From positions 1 to 29,116 of the IMG/VR virus record IMGVR_UViG_3300044471_000007: a stretch of DNA of 29,116 nt. One strand, written 5' to 3'. A program made the position numbers and the translations under genes. Positions 7,083 to 13,636 of the stretch are shown piece after piece. Under the pieces are notes generated by a model. That model saw only the letters and a list, made by a program, of their open reading frames with translations. It did not search any database and was not told the origin of the DNA. This stretch comes from a virus (lineage: Duplodnaviria > Caudoviricetes). The number at the start of each line of letters is the position of its first letter. Positions within the stretch are counted from its first letter, which is position 1.

Positions 7083-7961
7083 TTAGATGTCCAGTTCAAT
7101 CCGTTCAGCCAGCGTCTTCAGAGCCTCTTCAAAGCCAAACCACGCCAGCAGGTTTTGATTTTTGTCCTCTTCGCAGAAAGGGTCTTCGGCCTCAAACTCA
7201 CAACCAAACAGCCCTTTTATGCTGTCTGTTCCGCATTCACTCATCAACTCAGTAACAAGTTTTTGAATGTCTTTCTTGTGCTTCCTGTAGAAGGCTACAC
7301 AGTCCGCTGTATAGATTAACTCCCCGACTGTTCCGTTTATACATCCACCCGAAAGCACATCCCTTATAAAGTCTTCGCTTTCTCTCTCTCCTGCTATCCT
7401 CGCAACGGCCCTTTCAAGTTCCGTTTCAGCAGCGTTGAAGAGTTTAACACTGATGCTTTCCTCCTCTGTATAATCTTCAATCAGAGCTAACAAGTCATCA
7501 AGCTGCTTTGTGATCTCGGCATTCACTATGCGCCTTGATACATTGCTGTTATTTACCCAAGTAACTGACCAGTCTGCACACCGCAAGCAACTCATACTAA
7601 TATTCACGTACCTGTTACTGTAAAAAGTGTAACGGATTGGTTCAGTATTGACAAGCCACCCTGCGGCCTCGGCTGCATGACCAGCTATCCGACCGAAATA
7701 CCTTGCCTCAGTATGCCTCCAACCTTCTTTAGACGCTGCTTTTGCGGCTTCCTCTGTCCTGTCTTCTCCTGATTCCCACTTGTCTGCCCATTCCAGCCAG
7801 GCAAGCGGAACAGCCTTCTTTCGGCCTCTTCCAATGGCCCTTGTGATTGTCTTCACTGCCCATTCTTCCCTAATTGCATCAGGAATTTCAGCAGAACGCA
7901 GCATCTCATGGAGTTCTTGCTTTTTGTTATTGGTCAGCATTAAAACGATTGCAGCTCTCAT
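7083..7961 (-). CDS. two-domain protein: paralog family domain + acidic C-terminal phage domain (GC..G.V..LIY..D...FY..H type)
   Basis: N-half IPDAIREEW...WLEWADKWESGEDRTEEAAKAA...AEITKQLDDLLALI; C-half DVLSGGCINGTVGELIYTADCVAFYRKH...NQNLLAWFGFEE. Confidence 0.85.
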   Translation of the reverse strand: MRAAIVLMLTNNKKQELHEMLRSAEIPDAIREEWAVKTITRAIGRGRKKAVPLAWLEWADKWESGEDRTEEAAKAASKEGWRHTEARYFGRIAGHAAEAAGWLVNTEPIRYTFYSNRYVNISMSCLRCADWSVTWVNNSNVSRRIVNAEITKQLDDLLALIEDYTEEESISVKLFNAAETELERAVARIAGERESEDFIRDVLSGGCINGTVGELIYTADCVAFYRKHKKDIQKLVTELMSECGTDSIKGLFGCEFEAEDPFCEEDKNQNLLAWFGFEEALKTLAERIELDI

Positions 7962-7978
7962 AGTATTCCCCTTGGTTA

Positions 7979-8302
7979 TTAGTAACGTACAAGAACGGTT
8001 TCAGTTAATCCGAACCATACCCTTTTAATTGACTCCACAACATCCAACCCTGAAAGTCTGTATCTAAGATATTCGCTTTCTTTCATCCACAGACTTTTGT
8101 ACATCTCAAGTCTGCTTTTAAAGTCCAAGCCTTTATATCTCTTTAACATCCTTTCATACACTTGTTTTATAGTCTTCTCAAGTGCGGCCTCTACCGTAGC
8201 CAGACACTCTTTCCAGCTTATGTCTAACAGCTTACAATTTCGCTGTTTAGCCAGCCGCCTGCGGATGTCCCAAGCTGCTTTGTTTCGTTCAAATGTAAAC
8301 AC
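7979..8302 (-). CDS. hypothetical basic early protein
   Basis: 107 aa, GTG start with GAGGGGG RBS, contiguous within the operon. Confidence 0.7.
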   Translation of the reverse strand: MFTFERNKAAWDIRRRLAKQRNCKLLDISWKECLATVEAALEKTIKQVYERMLKRYKGLDFKSRLEMYKSLWMKESEYLRYRLSGLDVVESIKRVWFGLTETVLVRY

Positions 8303-8513
8303 GGTATAGCCCCCTCATTCCACAGAATTCCATTTTGTACCTTCTGCCCTTTTCATCGTACAGGTAAGGGTCTATCTCAATTGGCTTAAACCCATCTCTA
8401 TGATGTACCCAAGCGTTTTCAGACACACCGAAAAACCTGTTTTCTGATGCTCTTAAACTCTTTTTAACCGATCTAATCCGATTTTCCCATCTTTTACGCT
8501 TTTTCTTTGTCAT
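8289..8513 (-). CDS. hypothetical basic protein, first gene of the early operon
   Basis: 74 aa, immediately downstream of the promoter array; GAGGA upstream. Confidence 0.7.
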   Translation of the reverse strand: MTKKKRKRWENRIRSVKKSLRASENRFFGVSENAWVHHRDGFKPIEIDPYLYDEKGRRYKMEFCGMRGLYRVYI

Positions 8514-8518
8514 GATCT

Positions 8519-8775
8519 ATTATCCTCTTTTTCAGTCTGGGAGTCAAGAACTTTTCTACTCCCTAAGTTCTTTTCTTCCTCTATTATAACCGATCTTACT
8601 TTGGGAGTCAAGAACCTTTCTACTCCCTAAGTTCTTTTCTTCCTCTATTATAACCGATCTTACTTTGGGAGTCAAGAACCTTTCTACTCCCTAAGTTCTT
8701 TTCTTTTTCTATTATAACCGATCTTACTTTGGGAGTCAAGAACCTTTCTACTCCCTAAGTTCTTTTCTTTTTCTA
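8519..8775 (-). promoter_or_regulatory. 64-bp tandem repeat (~3.7 copies) forming four sigma70 promoters
   Basis: TTGACT-17bp-TATAAT with -35/-10 at 8739-8734/8716-8711, 8675-8670/8652-8647 and 8611-8606/8588-8583; a fourth, TTGACT-17-GATAAT, at 8547-8542/8524-8519. Confidence 0.9.
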
Positions 8776-8800
8776 CTCATTCACTCTACACCCTTTATAA

Positions 8801-8816
8801 TGCAAAGACCATGCCA
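8801..8816 (-). promoter_or_regulatory. sigma54 (RpoN) -24/-12 promoter
   Basis: Minus strand TGGCATG-GTCT-TTGCA against the consensus TGGCACG-N4-TTGCW, with exact GG-N10-GC spacing. Confidence 0.8.
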
Positions 8817-8833
8817 GTTTATAGTTTATGAGT

Positions 8834-8996
8834 TAAGTTATTGAAACTGCTAAGTTTATTAGTTTATAAGTCAGAATGTACCTTAAATGAGGTGTGTAAT
8901 TCTTACACAGTACAGGACTTATAAAGTGCATAAGTTGTTGAGTTTATGAGGATATTCAGACTGTGTAATTCTTATACAGTGTGTAACTTTTACACA
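8834..8996. promoter_or_regulatory. IHF-like sites and three palindromic enhancer-like sites upstream of the sigma54 promoter
   Basis: TGTGTAA-N3-TTA(C/T)ACA at 8893-8909, 8962-8978 and 8980-8996; IHF-like tttcaataactta (minus, 8834-8846) and actcaacaactta (minus, 8931-8943). Confidence 0.7.
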
Positions 8997-9027
8997 GTGC
9001 CACAGTGTAGGGCCACAGTGTCCTCCA

Positions 9028-9132
9028 TTGTGGTATCCTACAGCGTGGTATAGGGGCATACTACTTTGTGGTATCCTACAGCGTGGTATAGGGGCATACT
9101 ACTTTGTGGTATCCTACAGCGTGGTATAGGGG
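9028..9132. repeat. 38-bp tandem repeat (~2.8 copies) followed by a G-rich tract
   Basis: ttgtggtatcctacagcgtggtataggggcatactact starting at 9028, 9066 and 9104, running into ggggtggtggggggaggggtgccccc. Confidence 0.95.
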
Positions 9133-9210
9133 TGGTGGGGGGAGGGGTGCCCCCTACCTGCCTCTATCTATGAAACGGCCACCGCTATACACCTCATAAA
9201 AAATTAGGAT

Positions 9211-9295
9211 TTCCAAATTTTGGAATACAGAAACCACTTTCCAAGATTTGGAATACCAATCTATTACACTTTTACAGACCTTCCAGGATATGGAA
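9211..9295. promoter_or_regulatory. three palindromic operator/activator sites TTCCA-N5-TGGAA
   Basis: 9211-9225 ttccaaattttggaa, 9239-9253 ttccaagatttggaa, 9281-9295 ttccaggatatggaa. Confidence 0.75.
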
Positions 9296-9304
9296 CACTT
9301 TTCT

Positions 9305-9333
9305 TTGACTTCTTTTGATATAGAAGGTATAGT
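9305..9333 (+). promoter_or_regulatory. sigma70-type promoter for the late operon
   Basis: TTGACT (9305-9310), 17 bp, TATAGT (9328-9333); the ATG follows 6 nt later. Confidence 0.75.
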
Positions 9334-9339
9334 TCTTGT

Positions 9340-9804
9340 ATGGAACAATACCCCCTACAAAAAACGTCGTACCTTGAGCAGCTCCTGAGGCTGCGGTACG
9401 AAATCTTAGGTGAGACCTTCGAGGCTCTGGCGGCAAGTCATGGCCTGGTAGCCTCCGTGATCCGCCAACTTGCGACCCGTGAGGGGTGGAAGCAGCGTTT
9501 CCCTGCGATCAAGTCACCTTCTGAAAAAAATTCAGATGGGTATGAGGAGCTGGTACGTTCAAGACTTGCAATCTTCAATGCTGCTAAAGACTTATTGTTG
9601 GCAGGGCACATTGCTTATGCAGAGGGTCGCATATTTGAAAGGGTGACAGAAATCCTTGGAGACGAAGAGTGTAACAATCTCAGAGGGATGACTATGGCAC
9701 TTGCCTTGATAAAGAGTATCCAAGGGTCACTTACAAAGAAAGAAGCCCAAGACGCAGGACTTCCGCTCTTTGTTCTGAAAGACATGTCTGGTACAAAAAA
9801 ATGA
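9340..9804 (+). CDS. putative terminase small subunit
   Basis: N-terminal HTH-like LRYEILGETFEALAASHGLVASVIRQLATREGW, helical middle, short C-terminal beta strand; first gene of the operon upstream of TerL. Confidence 0.65.
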   Translation: MEQYPLQKTSYLEQLLRLRYEILGETFEALAASHGLVASVIRQLATREGWKQRFPAIKSPSEKNSDGYEELVRSRLAIFNAAKDLLLAGHIAYAEGRIFERVTEILGDEECNNLRGMTMALALIKSIQGSLTKKEAQDAGLPLFVLKDMSGTKK

Positions 9805-9920
9805 GATTCGCCTTCATAGTAACCCTGATGTTGCTGATACACGGATGCGTCCAGAGCCCTCGACCAGCCCCAGCACCATTGCCGAGCTGCCCACCCGCTT
9901 GCGTCGCAGGAGACCGATAA
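9801..9920 (+). CDS. 39-aa Pro-rich lipoprotein (o-spanin/Rz1-like)
   Basis: Below the ORF-track cutoff: MRFAFIVTLMLLIHG-CVQSPRPAPAPLPSCPPACVAGDR. ATGA overlap with TerS and TAATG overlap with the next gene. Confidence 0.65.
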   Translation: MRFAFIVTLMLLIHGCVQSPRPAPAPLPSCPPACVAGDR

Positions 9921-10339
9921 TGAAACTCCCCCTGGCTGTTGCCTTCTTGCTCTTCTTCTGTAGTCCGGTGTGTGCGTTTACTGTAAGACCCGAAGATCGC
10001 AAATCCGAGTTGGTGGCGTTGGAAGTACACTTAGAGGTAACTCAGAAGGTTCTAGAAGAGCTAAGAACAACCTTGGACACCACTAATACTACTTTACAGG
10101 GCGTGGGTCTAACTTTAACGACGATACAGAATAACCTTGACAGGCACACAGAGAGAATAGAAAGACTCGAACAGACTGTCACGAAACAAGGTGGTGTTGT
10201 AGCTGCTCTTGAAGACGAAAAAAAAAAATTAAATAACCTACTAACTTTCTTATGCTACCTATCTACTGCCGTGGCAGTTGTACTGGGGTTCTGTAAGAGG
10301 TCACACATAAAATCAGCCATAGTTGGGCCTAAGAAATGA
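9920..10339 (+). CDS. signal peptide + coiled coil + C-terminal TM protein (lysis/spanin- or holin-like)
   Basis: The true start is likely ATG 9920 (AGGAG RBS at 9908-9912), not 9845. MKLPLAVAFLLFFCSPVCA signal, heptad-rich middle, LLTFLCYLSTAVAVVLGFC TM followed by a basic tail. Confidence 0.75.
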   Translation: MKLPLAVAFLLFFCSPVCAFTVRPEDRKSELVALEVHLEVTQKVLEELRTTLDTTNTTLQGVGLTLTTIQNNLDRHTERIERLEQTVTKQGGVVAALEDEKKKLNNLLTFLCYLSTAVAVVLGFCKRSHIKSAIVGPKK

Positions 10340-11562
10340 TGTACAAAGACTTTTCACCGTCCCTTCGTCAACAGATGCACTTTAACTCTGATCTGTCTCC
10401 GGCAGAGCGCAAGTTAAAGTATGAGAAGATGTCACGCTCCCCTTTTGCGTTCTACCGAGGGAGCAACTTTGCATTCTGGGCAGAGTTCTACGACCCAACG
10501 ACCCCCCAAGAGACCATCACTTGGATAGGGGGAGATCAGCATCCAGCGAACTTTGGAGTTTATACTTTTTTAGATGGTCGGATCGTGTTTGGTCTGAATG
10601 ACTGTGATGACGCAGTGAAGGCTGACTTCAGATATGACCTGTTGCGCATGTCCACGGGTATTCACTTAGTTGCTAAGGCCAATAGACTTTCGATGAGAGA
10701 TGGGTACCGTGCTTCACTGGAGTTCGTCAGAGCTTATACTAAGCAGCTTGAACTCTTGAAGCGCAAGCCCTTCAAAGCCAGTTCAGTGACTCTGGTGAAC
10801 AGCGCACCCCAGCCTCTTTCTCTCTGGATGAAGTCTCTCAGAGCACATTACCCTTGGTCTAAGAATGGACGGTTCATCAGTGCTCCTAAGAAGTTTTCAC
10901 CTGTAAACTATGATGAGTTTGACATTATTGAGTCTGCCATTGGCCCGAAAATTAACAGCCGCGTGGTGGACATTGTAAGAAGAATAGGTATGGGAACCGG
11001 TAGTTTAGGCGTTGAGCGGTTCTTTCTTCTTGCTAATGATGGAATAGTCTGGGACATTAAGGAGACAAACTCAGCAACGGCACATGGGTTCCTTGAAGAC
11101 AAAGACTCACAGTCCAACGCCGAACGTGCCGCAACCGCAATCAAAAACCTGATAGGGCACAAGCTAGCCTTTGCGGTGACGGTAGAAATCCCTAAAGTAT
11201 CAGGGACGAAGATCACCTACAAGACATTACACCTCCTGGTTAAACAGTATGACCAGATGAAGGCATCTTACCCTCTCACTCCAGAGGAGTTGGAGAAGGG
11301 CGGATCACGTCTCTCCCTGGGTAAGACTAAGAACCTTCGGGCTATGTGTCGAGTGTGGGGCGGTGAGCTGGCGAGAGCGCATGTACGGGCCATGCAGAAA
11401 GACTCTTCCATCAATCCTAATTTTGTGCAAGATGCTCTCATCCTTTGTGGCGACAAGATCAGGTTTGCTTCAGTGATTTCAAACCAGGGGTACAGCTTTG
11501 CCAAGAAGACCTTCTCTGATTACCGCGAGTTTGTGTTTGCACACCAGAGAGGGTTGCTGTGA
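10336..11562 (+). CDS. DUF2252-family protein (kinase-like fold, putative phosphotransferase)
   Basis: KYEKMSRSPFAFYRGS, GDQHPANFG, VFGLNDCDDA, DLLRM, RRIGMGTGSLGVERFFLL, IKE, WGGELARAH: the DUF2252 motif series. Confidence 0.88.
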   Translation: MMYKDFSPSLRQQMHFNSDLSPAERKLKYEKMSRSPFAFYRGSNFAFWAEFYDPTTPQETITWIGGDQHPANFGVYTFLDGRIVFGLNDCDDAVKADFRYDLLRMSTGIHLVAKANRLSMRDGYRASLEFVRAYTKQLELLKRKPFKASSVTLVNSAPQPLSLWMKSLRAHYPWSKNGRFISAPKKFSPVNYDEFDIIESAIGPKINSRVVDIVRRIGMGTGSLGVERFFLLANDGIVWDIKETNSATAHGFLEDKDSQSNAERAATAIKNLIGHKLAFAVTVEIPKVSGTKITYKTLHLLVKQYDQMKASYPLTPEELEKGGSRLSLGKTKNLRAMCRVWGGELARAHVRAMQKDSSINPNFVQDALILCGDKIRFASVISNQGYSFAKKTFSDYREFVFAHQRGLL

Positions 11563-12173
11563 ACTACCTGATCCTCCTACTTCTCTTAGCCCTTTCAGGC
11601 TGCACTAACAAAGCATACTATGAGCAGCAACCCGATTTAGCTCGGCAGACCACCGCGAACACCATAGCCGCTGGTGAAGCACTGAGCCAGATAGCTGCTC
11701 ACATGTTCCCTACGGTTCGACCCAACCACAGGTTTTTTGTCCCCCCTCCGCCTGAGACAGTGGGGAAGGTTGATGTTGATAAGGAGGGGACTTTTGACAT
11801 CCAGATTCAACCTCCCACCGTGGTCAACACCGGCGCGGCTGATGCGCTGCAAGCAGTGCTGGTGGCGCAGGAGCGCACCCGGCAGGTGGCAGCCTTCACA
11901 GCCTTGGTGGAGAGGGTGATGCTGCGCCCCCAGCATCAGGTTGCTGATCCGTTCAGCGGCGAGAGGGTGCTGACCAAGGCCATAGAGGCTGCCGTGCCAA
12001 TCACGGGCATCATGGCCCTGTCCAGCACGATGAAAGAGGGTCTGCGATCCGCCTCCGGGCCGGTCACGGCCACTGTCTCAGGCGGTTCCTCTCTGGCTAC
12101 CGAGACAGGCACAGCTAAAGGTGAAGCACCTACCACGACAACAACTTCGACCTCAACTGAGCTTGCTAAGTGA
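11559..12173 (+). CDS. lipoprotein
   Basis: GTG start; MNYLILLLLLALSG-C canonical lipobox; Thr/Ser-rich C-terminal tail. Confidence 0.85.
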   Translation: MNYLILLLLLALSGCTNKAYYEQQPDLARQTTANTIAAGEALSQIAAHMFPTVRPNHRFFVPPPPETVGKVDVDKEGTFDIQIQPPTVVNTGAADALQAVLVAQERTRQVAAFTALVERVMLRPQHQVADPFSGERVLTKAIEAAVPITGIMALSSTMKEGLRSASGPVTATVSGGSSLATETGTAKGEAPTTTTTSTSTELAK

Positions 12174-13636
12174 GATTCGAGCTTCAAACAGCTCCTCAAG
12201 GCCCTGTACTCGCAGCATTCAGGGCCTGCGATTGGCAGCGTGTGTTTATTATGGGGCCTGTTGGGTCTGGTAAGACCAATGAGTGCATCCAGAAGGTGAT
12301 GATGAAAATCATCACTCAAGCACCTTATAAGGGGGTGCGAAGATCACGATGGATGGCTGTACGCAACACTTACAGCGATTTGAAGACTACAACAATAAAA
12401 GACTGGTTGGCGATATTTGGAGACTTAGGAGAATTTAAGAAGGGCGGTTCAGAACCCCCTTATCAGACTTTAAGATTTAAGTTGGAAGATGGGACAAAGG
12501 TTGAATCAGAAATAATTTTTATCGCTCTTGATAGACCGGAGTCCATAAAAAAGTTGAAGGGCACAAACATCACGGGTTTCTGGCTAAATGAGGCTTGTGA
12601 GCTTGCTAAAGAAGTAATTGATGATGCGGACTTACGGGCTGGCCGGTATCCGCACCCTTGGGAAGGTGGAGCTTCTTGGAGAGGATTGATTGGTGACACA
12701 AATCCCCCAGACACCGAGTCGTGGTACTACGACTATGCTGAAGTCAGTAAACCCGAAGGATGGGCGTTCTTCCGTCAACCCGGCGGCCTCATGCGCGAAA
12801 TGCGGCTTCTTGATGATGGGAGGCAGGAGTGGACTGGCAAGTGGATACCAGACCCCGGAGCCGAGAATCTGCAAAACTTGCCGGAAGGATACTATGACCG
12901 AGGGCAAGCCGGAAAGTCTAACTTCTACATCGCTAACAGATTAGCGAATGAGTACGGAAAAGTGTTCTCAGGACGACCTGTTTATCTGGAGCAGTGGAAC
13001 TCACTGCTCCATGTGGATGATAAAATAGAATTCATCGAAGACAGACCTCTTGTCATTGGCTTGGACTTTGGTTTGACCCCCTCAGCTATTATAGGACAAG
13101 AGACCGTTCGGGGACGGATCATAATTCTGGATGAACTGGTGTCCGAAGGCAAGGGCATTAACCAGTTTGTAACCGAAGATTTGATGCCCTTATTGAATCA
13201 AAGGTATCGAGGTGCTTCCGAAATGGTCTTTATTGGCGACCCTGCTGGAGACCAGAGAGAACAGACCGATGAGAACACAGTCTTTAAGGAGTTGGCCCTA
13301 TTGGGTATAAATGCTCTTGCTGCTAACACCAATGATACTTTGATCCGTTGGGAGGCTGTGAGATGGTATCTACAGCAACTCAGAGATGGCAAGCCTGCGT
13401 ATGCAGTGCATCCAAGGTGTCAAGTTCTGATCAAAGGTTTTGAAGGCGGGTACCAGTTTAAGACTATAACTGCATCAGGCTCCTCATTTCGGCATAATGA
13501 GCAGGCTGAAAAGAATAAGTATTCACACCCCCACGATGCGGGACAGTACCTTGCGATGTACTTTAGGGGCCTCTTCCTGGCTCCCAAGTCCACGTTCACT
13601 CGGAAAAAGACAACTCGGCAATCAGCATGGGCTTAA
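12170..13636 (+). CDS. terL: terminase large subunit
   Basis: Walker A GPVGSGKT, Walker B WLNEA, DTNPP coupling motif, RNase H-like GLDFGLTP, GDPAG, SHPHDAGQY. Confidence 0.96.
   Translation: MRFELQTAPQGPVLAAFRACDWQRVFIMGPVGSGKTNECIQKVMMKIITQAPYKGVRRSRWMAVRNTYSDLKTTTIKDWLAIFGDLGEFKKGGSEPPYQTLRFKLEDGTKVESEIIFIALDRPESIKKLKGTNITGFWLNEACELAKEVIDDADLRAGRYPHPWEGGASWRGLIGDTNPPDTESWYYDYAEVSKPEGWAFFRQPGGLMREMRLLDDGRQEWTGKWIPDPGAENLQNLPEGYYDRGQAGKSNFYIANRLANEYGKVFSGRPVYLEQWNSLLHVDDKIEFIEDRPLVIGLDFGLTPSAIIGQETVRGRIIILDELVSEGKGINQFVTEDLMPLLNQRYRGASEMVFIGDPAGDQREQTDENTVFKELALLGINALAANTNDTLIRWEAVRWYLQQLRDGKPAYAVHPRCQVLIKGFEGGYQFKTITASGSSFRHNEQAEKNKYSHPHDAGQYLAMYFRGLFLAPKSTFTRKKTTRQSAWA

Noticed and set aside
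8538-8775. CRISPR array (regular ~64-bp period with a palindromic part)
   Set aside because: Units are identical end to end with no unique spacers; they are explained as tandem promoters. The 21-bp and 38-bp arrays also lack spacers.
8748-8780. Mini-ORF MSRKRKELRE just downstream of the sigma54 promoter
   Set aside because: Only 10 codons, lies within the repeat unit and has a poor RBS.
9845-9919. Longer N-terminus for the coiled-coil protein (and likewise the 15768 and 27708 starts in the ORF track)
   Set aside because: The downstream ATGs at 9920 and 15849 have RBSs or coupling, and ATG 27726 directly follows the upstream stop; all three avoid long overlaps.
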